DNA of 64,000 nt from Tubiluchus corallicola. Taxonomy: Eukaryota; Animalia; Priapulida. The stretch lies in NCBI GenBank assembly GCA_030141605.1, contig JAQGDQ010002383.1:186001-250000 (forward strand), given 5' to 3'. How positions within the stretch are numbered: the stretch's first letter is position 1; each line of letters begins with the position of its first letter. A program made the position numbers and the translations under genes. The notes below the pieces were generated by a model. That model was not told the origin of the DNA. It worked only from the letters and a program-made list of their open reading frames with translations, and ran no database searches. This document shows positions 1 through 12,863 of this stretch, in pieces.

Positions 1-134
1 TTCAAATACTCCCCCCCCCCCCCCCCCGACACTGTACCGATCGCGTCCTCATTACCTGATGTCATATATGCACAACGTAAATCAGGGGAAGAAAAGTACA
101 TGTTAGACTATGTCCCAAAAAACTTTCTATGCAA

Positions 135-560
135 AGCTATGTTACTTAGCATTTCGCTTACCTGCTTAAATGACTTACGTAACTAGAATAGAAAATATTT
201 AATTATTTAAAATGTTTTCACCAATAGGTAAAATGTCGCTGTCTCACCCTCCAGGGTGCACCACTCACTAACCAAAAAACATATTTTTAATCTTATTGAC
301 AAGATACAGTAAATTAAAATTTTACTTACTTAGTGACGTGTGCGCTACGAATGCTCAGATTATATTTCCAAATTTTACTCAGTGTTATCTAAACTTGCCT
401 CAAATGACTTATCGTCAAAATGGCTGCTGCTAACTGTCATCGTGGGAGTTTCAATTTACATGTTTTATACAGCGTTAAGGCCGACGCAAACTCTGCATGC
501 AAAAAGACAGTGCGTAAGTGGTATAAATTTTGAAAACGAATTTTTTAAGCTTTATGTAAG
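135..560 (+). repeat. Dispersed ~430-bp repeat, copy 1
   Basis: Colinear with 5718-6135 (GACTTACGTAA; GTGCACCACT; CTACGAATGCTC; GTCAAAATGGCTGC; AAAACGAATTTTTT). Confidence 0.75.
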
Positions 561-1708
561 TGGACGGTATTGTGGAGGGCACAAGGGTATCCCTTTTTTA
601 GTTTGAGGAAGCTCAAATTTGGCCACCTACTTTGTCACACATGCAAGTTAATATAGAAACTTGTGACAATTTTCAAAAAAAATATCAATCTGTACTAAAT
701 AGTTATGCACTAATATATATTAAGGTTCATTAATGCTGTAATTGTAGCTTATATACAGCTAGATTGAAATTCTAAAATTATATACGGTGTGTGATGAGTA
801 TCCCAGTACAATGAGTGGATGGTTGATGAAATGGCTCTTTATGGAGGTTTATATTGTTCTCTTCTCTAACAGCTGGTAACATTTAGCAATGATACAAATG
901 AGAACATTTGTAAGAACGATACGCTCGTATATAAAATTATTATTTTAAAGAAAATTTTCCGTTTTAGATCAGCTGGCTGCATATCGTTCTAAGCAAGTGA
1001 CTTGTGCTTTAAAATTATTGCTGACTTCGGGAAAAGTCACCAACAAAACACTACAAAATGTCACAGATTATCTGTGCAATGCACTAAGTCACAACATTTT
1101 AGCTCTGCTTTTGCGCATATGACAACACAGATATCTGCTCACACATACACGCGCTGTCAAGGTGTGTTTGTTTATCGAGCAATTGTTATAGCAAATAATT
1201 TAGACACTACATTATTTAGCGTCCATTAACGTTTGGGCTGCAGTACATAACAGGCCTACGCGTGAATAAGAAAAAACATTTTCCATAATGTAGTGTTAGC
1301 TTTCTTGTACTAAAGTTCTGCATAATATGGTTCAGCAAAAATAATCAGGTAGCTTAAAATATTAAGAAAAAATTGTAGTCCATCCAATAGATGCGTTACA
1401 TAATGTTATTTCACGATTTTATAAATATCAATTTTATGGTCAATTTTAGTTGGTTACAATACGTAATAAACTATCCATCTTTGTAATAAAGGATTAATTC
1501 GACGTTATCGCTTTGTTCTACATACAAAAGTGACAAATAAATTACTTCAGTTTCTCAAGAATCTATAATTACAATTAAAGACTCGCTAATATCCAGTGAG
1601 ACGAATAACGAAATTTAAACACAGAAAAAAAAACCAAGATTATTCACAGTTGATTACAAATGTACAAACGTATTAAACATATGATAGAGCGTTCACTGCT
1701 TCGTTCTT

Positions 1709-2130
1709 TTAAAGGCAAAAAGGATGATTTTTCATATCCTCCCCAATTTTGAAGTTCGGGAAAAAGATACATTTTAACGCTTATAATCACGCCAAGGCGT
1801 TTCTGATAATGAAATAATAAGCTAAAAACGTAATTAACGGCTGGTGAGCCCAAATAATAATGACATCCACAAGCGTACTGCACGTATTCGTAAAAAAAAA
1901 TTGAAGTACACTGCTACTGTACAATAATCAATGTGATTTAAGTTTAAAATTCAAATTTCAAGTTTACATCTGTTCTCATGCATGAGCTTTCGCATGTGTG
2001 CACTATGTCACAACTGAACAACTCTGGACTGAAAGGGACAGCACCTGTTTTTTTTCTGCAACACGTTTTCGAGATGCAGGCGCTGGTGCCCGTCTAACTA
2101 GAGACAGGTAAAATTTAGGTAGTAAAGAAC
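1709..2130 (+). mobile_element. Kolobok-like family A, 3'-truncated copy
   Basis: TTAAAGGCAAAAAGGATGATTTTTC start, plus shared internal blocks (TTGAAGTACACTGCTACTGT; CAGCACCTGTTTTT; GATGCAGGCGCT). Confidence 0.72.
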
Positions 2131-2959
2131 TAGTCACAGGCTGCTCAGTGGTGATAGTGGTGATACAATATCAAAATTGAGTTAATTAATTCCACTACGA
2201 AGTATACTCACTTTGCATCTAGCGATAAAGCTTAATCAAGACGCAAAAAGCTTCTCAAAATGTGGAAAAAAGCGTCAATTATTTGACAGTTCATCTCATT
2301 TCGAGCAACTTGACTTTACGACAAACATTTTTCGATTTTCGACTTTCGAGAACAAATAACAAATCACTTCTAGCCGCACTTCACAGCGATAAACCCTAAA
2401 AACCGGTGTTAAAACGCCGAGATGTCGGCGGTCTATACTTTACACGTCGGCGCGATGAAACCTGTCAATTTTTGCGTCGTTACGTCCTTTGCGCTCAGAG
2501 AGCAAAACGAAACTCACGTGGTAGCAGTTAAGTTCGAGATTGGCTTCATATAACCTTACCATTAGAGCAGTTCCTCGTGTGTTGCGTGTTAATTACTGCG
2601 AAGTATGCAGGGGTGGCAAACAGTGCGCGCAATCTCTGCAGTAACAGTAACTGTGTAACTCGGGGCAATCAAAGGTCAAGCTAATCTCAAAATTATGTTT
2701 TTTTAGATTCTACACGCATTCTTTGTCGGCTTGCTTCATTAATAACCTTGATTTTAGCGCTCACTTTAATACTCCTTGTTTAACATCGCTGTAAATAAGG
2801 TTACACGCACAAATTAGAAAAGCTAATTACAGAATGCGTAACATGTAATATTGTAGAATTCACTCTAGTATCTATGTAAAATTTTTTAATAGTTGTACAG
2901 AAATTTTTGCCTGCAAAAAAGGCTAATAAAGACTTATCATCATCATCATTTTGTCGGAC

Positions 2960-3260
2960 TGCCATTAATATGCCAGCCAAATTGCCAATGTATAGTAGGG
3001 CTAGGTTAGTTCTGCTAGTAGTGTAAACTCTTAAAGAGGTTTAGAAACGTTTTAGTCGGCCAAAAACAAAAATCCTTTTTTCAGGCTGGTGACAGTCTAT
3101 TATCGAGATATGCTGGCAATATAAATTCTTACATAAAAGGGTTTGAACTGGCAATAGCCAAATGTCCTTTTTAAGCAGTTGAGTTAATTACTATGATTAG
3201 CAGCATAAAGCTGCCACAAAGAACGTCAGGACGTTGAGACATTCAGACAGACAGACATTC

Positions 3261-3305
<45 letters not shown>

Positions 3306-3400
3306 AACAGACAGACAGACAGACAAACAGACAGAATATAAACACAGAATGAGTTGACATAAATATAATGCACGGATAGGAGGACGCAAAACATATTTTA
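2960..3400. mobile_element. Possible Helentron-associated (DINE-1/HINE-like) element with (CAGA)n
   Basis: CGAGATATG...(CAGA)n...ATATATA organisation; termini not resolved. Confidence 0.3.
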
Positions 3401-3743
3401 CATAAATATTAGATCTGTCAAAAAAGCTCAGTTTAATGCAAGAGTTGTTAGGTCAGCCGCCCTGATGCGCGCGATGAAAAAAAATCGCATATGCATGAGA
3501 AGAAAAAGGGAGCAAAGAAGTCATTGGTCGTTTGCCACATACGTTAGACATTACATGCAGTTTTGTTGAGTTTGGCTTTTCAGCTGGCGGTGAATTACTA
3601 TTGTCCATTGTGCACACTTAGCGTGACCTTCCTAGCAAATTGAAAGTTGATATTGCAATACAAAAGCCGTAACGTAATCTTGTACTACAGGTTATCTTCT
3701 TTGCACAGACTGAATAGGAAGCTACAACGTACAAGTTGCAGGC

Positions 3744-4328
3744 TTAAAGGGAAACAGGATGATTTTTCATATACTACCCCATTTTCAAGTACGGCAAGTA
3801 GTATACTTTTTAACAGGTGCAAAAGCATTTCTGATAAATAATATATTAAAATCTTAATTAACGGCGGGCGAGCCTAACAAGTGATGACATCAACATCTAA
3901 CATAATTTTTAACATCAAAAACATTCGCTGAGCGCATGCTTCCGAAAGCGAAAATTGAAGTACAGTGCTACTGTAAGAGATTCAGTGTGTTGTAGTAAAA
4001 CTCGGCAAGTTTTAAGATAAAAATTCAAATTTCAAATTTACCGCTGTACACACGCAAGAGCTGTCGAACGTGTAGATTTCGTCACAAATTAGCACATCCG
4101 AACTGAGAGGCACAGCACCTGTTTTTTCTGCAACTCTTTCCGAAATGCAGGCGCTAGTGCCCGTCCAACTAGCGAATGGCGAAATGTATGTAACAGCGAA
4201 AAGCTGGTGGCGCCAACGCGAAATTGTGTTTGTGTGGTAATAATTCTTTCGCGTAAGTCATTTTTGAAAAAAAATAGTATGTTATTGTTTTGACTTACAG
4301 TTTAACATTGGGTCCGGTTTTGCTTTAA
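3744..4328 (+). mobile_element. TTAA-flanked (Kolobok-like) non-autonomous family A, full copy
   Basis: TTAAAGGGAAACAGGATGATTTTTC ... GGGTCCGGTTTTGCTTTAA; internally similar to the copies at 1709, 14735, 18280 and 45192. Confidence 0.82.
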
Positions 4329-5189
4329 AAGGAGCTTAACAATGTAAAGCCCTTAGAGCGGTGGTCAAAACCTGATGGTCCAGCGTTGACCTAGCTCACA
4401 GTGCTGATCAAGGTTTTTTAACTTGTGTTAAGCCAATTAACATTTTGTTAGTAGATTCTCGCCCCTTGATGTTTTAATCTGGCCTTGACTTAGTCTGATA
4501 TTTGGACTTGAACTGGGTTAGGTATAGGTGGGTGCCAGTAATATTTCAATTAACTTTAGTTTCAGCTATGTCGTTGCTGACAAGTCTTCTTGAATAATAA
4601 CGTTGATCCCCTGATAAAAGAGAGGTCTGCTACATTTCACGTACACGAAGCCTCTGCAGAGTTGGCCACTTTCCAAATGGCGCTCCAGCACTCAGCGACA
4701 GGTCCTACTATATGTACATGTTTGTGGCGAGACCGGTGCATAGCTCGTTATCAAAGATTAAATATTAGTTAGATTATTGAGTGAGATTATTAGTGACCAC
4801 ACAGCTAATAATCACACCCTCTACACCAGCTTTACTTATCTAGCTGCTTTTAAACACGTTAAGTGATGTTTTTCAAAGTTTATCCTCACAAAATCGTCTG
4901 ACATGATGATGTAAAATGTTATGACATGCTGTAAGTTAAGTTATACTTTTAAGGCCACGTATCCACTAAAAGTACAAACAGACACGCACAGAAACAAATT
5001 TTTTCCTTCTGACATTTTCTGCTGCAAAAACTGCATCAGCTAAGCACGCGCGCAACGCAAGAAAGCTTGAAAATAAATCTGATATGTGGCTGAAATACTG
5101 TTAGAACAAAATATAATTTTTTTACTCTAAAAAACTTTTAATGTTGTGGTAAGAAAGGGTTCAAACAATCTTTGAAAAAAGAGCAAAAT

Positions 5190-5526
5190 AAGTAAACATT
5201 ATAAGTTGTACAAGACGAAAACAAAACTAATATATTCGTTAGTCAAAGTAAACATTATAAGTTGTACAAGACGAAGAGAAAACTAATATATTCATTAGTC
5301 AAAGTAAACATTATAAGTTGTACAAGACAAAGAGAAAACTAATATATTCATTAGTCAAAGTAAACATTATAAGTTGTACAAGGCAAAGAGAAAACTAATA
5401 TATTCATTAGTCAAAGTAAACATTATAAGTTGTACAAGGCAAAGAGAAAACTAATATATTCATTAGTCAAAGTAAACATTATAAGTTGTACAAGACAAAG
5501 AGAAAACTAATATATTCATTAGTCAA
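5190..5526. repeat. Tandem minisatellite, 6 x 56 bp
   Basis: GTAAACATTATAAG recurs at 5192, 5248, 5304, 5360, 5416 and 5472. Confidence 0.95.
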
Positions 5527-5717
5527 CGCCTAGTTTAGAGAAACCATTTGTTACTGCATTAAAGTATTTTAAATTTATACAATAAACTTGTTATGGAGCC
5601 TTACAGCTGTTAGGTATTTGGACTAGTTGCTTATTATTTGAAATTTTCGTTTTTCATGTACATGTTAAGTGTGTAGAATATTAAAAAGAATAATCTACGT
5701 AATACTTTACACACAAA

Positions 5718-6135
5718 GCTATGTTGTTTATCGTAACCTGCTTGAGAGACTTACGTAAGTAGAAACGAAAATTCTTACTGTAATTTAAAATGCTCGCGCC
5801 AACTGGTTAAATGTCACTGACTCACCTTCCCAATGTGCACCACTGACTCACAAAAAACGTATTTTTAGTCTTAGTGTGAAGATACAACAATTTATCTTTT
5901 TGCTTAATGGTGAAGTGTGCTCTACGAATGCTCTGACTATTTTTCAAATTCTACGCAATGTTATATAAACTTGTTTCAAACGACTTACTGTCAAAATGGC
6001 TGCTCTTAACGGTCTCATTGCGGAAGGTTAAATTTACAAGTTTTGCACAGCATTGCTTCTAATACAAGCTGTATGAGTTATAAGGCAATACGTAGGTGAT
6101 ACAAAATTTCAAAACGAATTTTTTTCACCTTTATA
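5718..6135 (+). repeat. Dispersed ~430-bp repeat, copy 2
   Basis: Colinear with 135-560. Confidence 0.75.
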
Positions 6136-6319
6136 AATGTAATGGTTTTTCTTGTGTTTTAAATGCACGTTATGCATAAAAGTAAATGAATGGATTTAGG
6201 CCGTAACTTTACGTACCGAGCTACATGTATAGGTTTTTCCTGTAGAAGGCATGCTGGTGTGACACTTTTCTTCTGGTTAAAGCCGGACATAAATATTCAA
6301 TTACCTATTTATTTTAATG

Positions 6320-6782
6320 TCATCTCATCTCATCTCACCTCATCTCATCTCATCGCATCTTCTCTCCTCTCCTCTCATTGCATTTCGTCTCACCTCACCT
6401 CACCTCAACTCAACTCACCTCATCTCATCTCAATTTACCTCACTTCATCTCATTTCATCTCATCTGATCTCAACTGATCTCATTTCACCTCACCTCATTT
6501 CATCTCATCTCATTCCATCTCAACTGATCTCATTTCACCTCACCTCATTTCATCTCATCTCATTCCATCTCAACTGATCTCATTTCACCTCACCTCACCT
6601 CATCTCATTTTATCTCATCTCACCTCATCTCAACTCATTTCACTTCACCTCACTTCACCTCACTTCATCTCATCTCATCTCATCTCATTTCACCTCACCT
6701 CACCTCACCTCATCTCATCTCATCTCATCTCATCTCATTTCGTCCCACCTCACCTCACCTCATCTCATCTTGTCTTACCTCA
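6320..6782. repeat. (TCTCA/CCTCA)n pentanucleotide array
   Basis: Directly visible. Confidence 0.95.
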
Positions 6783-7404
6783 ATAGATTTTTTGTACAAC
6801 GTGTCATAATACATACACACATTAAGCAATATAAATTTATATATATAAGCAGAATTAATCAACAAAGAAATATTTTAAAACTTGCTGTTTTGAATTAAAT
6901 TGGCTCAGAGTCATTATTGCACTGCGTGGTCTCTGTAAGGAATTAGAGGGGTTTCTGCGGTTCCGTGGATATGCGCATTCATACATATGCAAATTTTGTG
7001 ATGAAAACTGAGAGTCTTTGCGGACTATTGCGAGCGCAGTGGATACGCACCCTAAGTTATGCTGATATTATCCTTGAATTATTGGGCCGCATTAAACAGG
7101 AAGGCTTGTCCACATCACGACATGATTGATCAAGATTATTGACCAAGATTATCATTTTCACAACACTGAAATTACACGGAGCGTGAAACCCTTTGAAATC
7201 GAGCAACAATACAGCTCCTATCACGCACGGTAATAATTAAAGTGGGAGAGAAGAAATTGGATGAAACATCTCAAACTTCCATCAAGAAAAGTTGAGCATT
7301 TCGTCCTTGAGTCTTGTCAGGTGGTTATTAATCTTCCTGAGCTGATCTCAGTCACAAAAGTGCAATGACAAAATATAGCAATCATTCTGCAAGCGACACC
7401 CACA

Positions 7405-7941
7405 CAGTGGTGGATTTAGGACAGGGCCACTGGGGTTGCTGCTCCGGGGCTTCCACGTAAGAGGGTCCTCCATAATGTGCATATAATCAAGTTCATTTAC
7501 TACACATTGTTGACTTTAATTAACTAAATTTATGATAAAACAATAATAACAATCATGACTGACTGACTAGCTGGCTGGCTGGCTGACTGTCTGACTGACA
7601 GACTAACTGACTGACTGACTCATTGACTCACTCACTCACTGATTTGATTTAACTATTTATTTCGAACTGACTGACTGACGGACTGCCTGCCTGCCTGACT
7701 TACTGATTGACTAACTAACTAAATGAATGAATGAATGACTTTTTGGATATTTACACATTTTACTTACTTTCTTAGACTTAAGTTAATCAGCCATTAGCGA
7801 TATGTCATCAAAGGATTCAAAATTGCTAAAAAATACAATAAAGAGGCGTTTGGCGGACTGTGCTATGAGAGCTTACATCACTCACCCAGATGCTCTATAA
7901 CCGGTTGCTCTGGGACGCCTACATTTCTTAATTCAATCTGT
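7405..7941. mobile_element. Degenerate hAT-like MITE containing (GACT)n
   Basis: CAGTGGTGGATTTAGG...GGGGC 5' end; the 3' end is poorly preserved and there is no clean TSD. Confidence 0.4.
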
Positions 7942-10289
7942 GCTCACGAGACGCTAACCAACACCTTACAGAGACAATTTGGGATACCTATTTTTGCATA
8001 ACGCCGTGACTGACCTAATGTACAAACTATCGATAATTTGCAGCCATTTTAAACATTAAGGTGCGTCTTAAATACGATAAATAATTCAAAGATGCATTCA
8101 TCTTAAACCGCCACCTCCAAATAGTGCACATATTAGAATTAGAATTTCGTGAAGATACAATTGCACTTACTTCTGCTTCCATACACTGCGTGGTCATCTA
8201 GAATCTCATTGACTTAACACGATGGGTAGATGATAAAAGATATATGTTCGTCCACAAATGCACGTTCTTTACATTTAGCACATGGCTTCATCAGCATTCT
8301 TAACTTCTACTTCAACTAGGTAGCGAAAATGCGATTGGTTGACATTATTAAAGGAATCATGATAGTGAGGTAACTTTTTATTTGCATGTCTATTAAACTT
8401 CGTTCATTAGAAAAACAAATAACCGTTCACAAATACAAATATTATCGATGTATAAACGTTATTTGTACACAGTCCATCTTGGCGCGAGTGAATCATGAGA
8501 GTACGCTGCACAAAATTACTTGCCTCTGTCGTGGGATAAACTTGTTTCAAAATTGAAGCCAAGTCAAGCTTAACCGGCTTATCACTTGCACTGCCTATTG
8601 GTCGCCACTAGTTAAAGTTGAGTAAACAAACACAAGTTTATAATGTCAGCTAAAACTTTCAGTATGGAGGAAGTTTTTATTCAACAAAAAAACGATTAGC
8701 ATGTAACAGAAATTATTTAGGACAAGTGTACAGCTGAAAATGTATGTATTATGCGAACATCGGATAATTCGTACAAGCGCATCGTTCGTATTAACCGAAG
8801 TTATGCTTGTGCCGCCATAGTCTTTAATTACAGCTTGCATTTCGTGCAGATTTGCTTTTTTGGATACTGCATGTTGTTTCTGATGTGTCATCACGATTGT
8901 TTATCATATTACAAAAGTTGCTAAACAAGCGCCACCTTGCTGTAACCTTGGGTGTTACGTAAACTTAGCACATAGAAAATTCAGCGCACAAAGGGTTAGA
9001 ATGACAATGGATGTTAAAACGACACCCAATTAGCGTGACACTTGAGACCCAAAACTCAATTACCTGCAGACTAAGTTCAAGTGACAACTCTCAATTAACA
9101 GAGGATGTTTTTAACTTAGAAACGTTTTTTAAAGCTTTTGTTCTGAAATATCTAACACTCTGAGGAGATTTTGTCAGACAATAATATCAGTAATTCGATG
9201 AACAGATAATAAATTTACACTACTGGATGTTGTCTTAATTTACTTTGGCAAAATTTGGCTGTGCACCACAGAGTCCTGTGACAGTGGAAGCTATTACAGC
9301 GGTCTCCTCCAGAAAGGAGAGGAGCGTCATTTCCAGTGAGGGACTTCTCTTATACGAGCATCATAAAGAACATCATTAAAGAAAGCAAGCTGTGCTTCAA
9401 TAAAAACAAACTTTATTAAGAAGACTTGGTCAGAAGTTAGATGCTCAGGTTCGCTTATTTTCGTTTTCTACTCCCGCCCTAGAATCTCTCTTGAATAAGT
9501 CCATTTATTTACAGCTGTGCTGCAAGACTTACCAGCTGAAAAATCAGAAATCACCAAGACAACATGGTGATTGTGGAAAGTGCTATTTTTGGTGAGATGC
9601 GCTCCATGCATGGAGGTTAGTGAGACATAGGATGTTTGTAAGAATTAAAAGCGTCTGTAGAACATGTGTTTATCAGTAAGAGATTGCCACTTCATTTTCT
9701 GTATACATAATAACACCAAAATTATGTGTTTATTTATATTTACGTAATACAAATTACAGTGATAAAATAATTTCTCAGTTACTAAAGTAAATTATGCATG
9801 CAAACTACAGACGATATTACGATAAATAAAAAGTTAAAACTGGCTGAAATATATGGTGAAATGTGCCAATATCGTACACGTCGGACAATTCGTTTTAGGC
9901 TTTTACAGAATATAACAAGATAGTATAGACACTCTTTTTCCTTCCTTCCTTTTCCACCCTTTCATTAGTAAAAGAGAAGAAAAACAGAGTTTATTCCACT
10001 TTGTTATTTTTGGTACAACCTTGAAGCTCACTGTTCGATATTAGCCCAATATTTTACCCAATATAATTTTATAAAGCATTAAAACGATTCTGCATTAAAT
10101 TACGGTAAGATTAAACAAAGAATAAAAAGAAAATGTGTCTCAAATGTGAGCCCTTTCTTTAGGCCGTCCCTAGCAGAAGTGAATGCTTGACTGAGATTCA
10201 TTTATTTACACTCTATGAATGAATGTCTTTGTGCACGAGTTACAGGAAGCTGTAACTCGTTAAAACGTAAAACGTTAAAAATGAAAACT

Positions 10290-11204
10290 TTAGAAAACTA
10301 AATACAATGCAAAACTACGCACTTAGATTAATTCATGGCTCCTCTAACAAAACTGCTAAACAACATGCTGCTTCTGCAACAAGCTTAAGAGCGTCCGCAA
10401 AAATACCAATATCAGAAGCCTATCGAGATTACAAAACACTGATATTTCTTTATAAATATATCAATAAACTGAGCATTCCATTTATAAACAATCCCTTAGC
10501 ATTCATTCCTGATACCACTTTAAACAATAGAACACACAATTTAAAGCAAATTACAGTAAACAATAAATTTGGAAATAACTCTATATCAAAACAGGCCATA
10601 CATTTATGGAACTTACTACTCAGTGACATAAAACTAATAGAATCTCTCCACCAATTTAAAAAGAAATTAAAAGAATATCAATATAACAGGTGTCAAGTTC
10701 CACATTGTGCATCTGATACTAATTACACAGACTCAACTTTCATCTACCCCCGCCCCTGACTCCATAAAACGATTAAAAAAGTAAAATTTTTAAAAAATTA
10801 TGTAATGTAATACGTGTTACGTCAGTTTTGTAATGTCAAATGTAAAAATAGTGAAAGTAATGAGTTAACATTAACAAAATGTAATGAGTGAAATTTATGT
10901 AATGTAAAGCATGTTTCTGTTGTGTCATGAAAAATGTATATATGTGTAAAATATGTCATGTAAAATTTAATGTACTTTTGTAATATTGTTTTGTAAAAAT
11001 ATTTTAATATTGTGTTTGTAAATATGTTCATTTATTGCATATAATTAGGCCTTAGTTTTGCACTTTAGTTTTTTTTTTAGTCTGCACTGGACGCATTTGT
11101 CTTGAACAGTGTTGTTATTTTAACATTACGCTGAGGATTACTCAATTTTATTATAATGAGTGAGCCATTTTAATGACAAATAAAGAATTAATATATATAT
11201 ATAT
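10290..11204 (+). mobile_element. 5'-truncated LINE (L2/CR1 group) 3' end
   Basis: ORF 10307-10759 (QNYALRLI...LIFLYK...AIHLWNLL...LHQFKKKLKEY) resembles a LINE ORF2 C-terminus. It is followed by an AT-rich 3' UTR, AATAAA and a (TA)n tail. Confidence 0.78.
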
Positions 11205-12293
11205 AAGCCATGTGATTTTGGCAATTGTTTTGTTGGAGAAAAATGTTACAAATAATCCGCTTTACGTTCATTTTCTGGTAATCTCTAATAATAGCCTAGG
11301 ACGCCAAAGTTTGAGGAGCGTCACGTTTTAGACAAAATTCTTATTCTCCTCGGAAAATGTGCATACTTTCATATTCATGTAAACGGCGCATGTTATAACA
11401 CACCACAGGCAGTTACTCATCTCCCCTTCTATATATGTACCACATAACAAACAGATGCAAGGTATTACACAACAAACAGTTGCGCAATTGCACGAATATA
11501 AACGCTGTGCAAATACACATAAATAAGAATGATCACGTAGAAACTAGGTTAATAGTGTTTCTAATACACCACAAGTAATTGTTTAATCTGCTCATTGCAT
11601 TAACAGCCACAAATTCACAATAGAGATGGGCAGCACAGAACTAGGGCGTCGCAAAGTCTTGATACGCCCCTGCTAATAGCGCAGGTACTCAACGAAAAAA
11701 GTAGTTACTAGAATAGCAATCTCATGTAAATTATAGAGACATATAAAAACATGCGATAAACTGATTTGAGGAAAGCAGGAATAATGGTGATCTTGTCATG
11801 GAACTTGGGATATATAAGAACGCTAACGCTGTTGTTTGAAATTTCCTTAATGTCTGCTGTTCGTGTAACACTGGCGTGGCTCTTTGATATCGATTATTTG
11901 CAAGTTACCACATGGACGTGGATCGTCTTGTGTTTTTGTTTGCGGAGTTTTTTTTTGTTTGCTTGCTTCAAATTTTTGCTCACTGTTTGTAAGTTGGTTT
12001 TCTTAACTCAAATAGCAAATGCTCGTGGCCCAGAACGTTTAAAAAATTTTATGTGAAAAACTACAAAACCAAACGCCAAAAAAATGTTTCACGTATTAAA
12101 TAACTTGTAAATGTGTTTGGGCAACATTCCGGGGATTTTTCCTTGCACAAGTAAGATGCTGGAAAGCAAACACAAGTATACGTAGATGATTTTAAGTTAT
12201 TTTCATTAATGGAAATGCGTTCTGCAGGCTTTGCTATTTATTACATGCAGAAATGGGATGTTTTGTGTGTCAGTGCAAAACCAGAGACCTCTC

Positions 12294-12863
12294 TGTTGAT
12301 GTTGTTGTTGTTGGCATTTTTCTGTCTCGGAAGACAATGGAGTGTGCGCTAAGAGAGTCAGTTATTGATCACATTGATGGAGCTGCAGCGTCGACTGTGG
12401 CTGAGCAGTCCGATCCTTGAACCACTGGAGTGGCTTCTCCAGGGCGCACGCCTGGGTAAGGTGTATGGAGATCCTGAGTTGCCCAGACAACAGGAACCCC
12501 TCTCTTCCTCCCTGGTGTAGTGCAGAGAAAGCAGAGCGATACGTTTAGTACTAGGTTGACTGCAGGAGGTGCCGGAGTCAGTGAGCATGCTGCATTGGTC
12601 CGCCTTCGGGGCTCCACTCCTGATTTGGAAGGTTTACTCCTCTACACATGGCCGTTGGGTCTCTTGACCTCCTCCGCCCTCTAACCGTTGGCTGCTTGTG
12701 CAGCTCCTCCGCCTAGTGTCGAGATACAGTGTGCGCATCCCGCAAGCCTACAGCACCTGATATTCCTAGGCGGTCACCTATCCAAGTACTAACCAGGCTC
12801 TACGTTGTTTAACTTCGGTGATCAGACGAGAACCGGTGTTTTCAACGTGATTTCGCCGTAGTC
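12294..12863 (-). mobile_element. 5S rRNA-derived SINE (SINE3), full-length copy
   Basis: 12744-12863 is a 120-nt near-complete 5S sequence (GACTACGGCGAAATCACGTTGAAAACACCGG...TGCTGTAGGCTT). It has no T-run terminator and continues into a ~430-bp GC-rich body shared with the copy at 56553, ending in AAAAATGCC(AAC)n. Confidence 0.9.
12744..12863 (-). pseudogene. 5S rRNA-derived head (not a bona fide 5S gene)
   Basis: Box A, IE and box C are recognisable (AGTTAAAC; TGGATAGGTGACC) but carry substitutions. There is no oligo-T after the mature end, and it is part of a dispersed repeat. Confidence 0.8.

Noticed and set aside
5190-5526. CRISPR-like array
   Set aside because: The 56-bp units are head-to-tail with no unique spacers, the context is eukaryotic, and there are no cas genes.
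11128-11170. CTGAGGA + hairpin hammerhead-like motif
   Set aside because: It lacks GAAA and is better explained as the 3' stem-loop of the LINE.
12620-12775. HDV-like ribozyme at the SINE head-body junction (CCGCCTAG/CTAGGCGG pairing, TGT-ATCTCG-ACA hairpin)
   Set aside because: I could not fit P1.1, P2 and J4/2 to the canonical nested double pseudoknot by eye, and the pairing is weakened in copy 2.
12744-12863. Functional 5S rRNA gene
   Set aside because: It has no oligo-T terminator, carries substitutions in boxes A and C, is not in an array, and is fused to a body shared with another dispersed copy.
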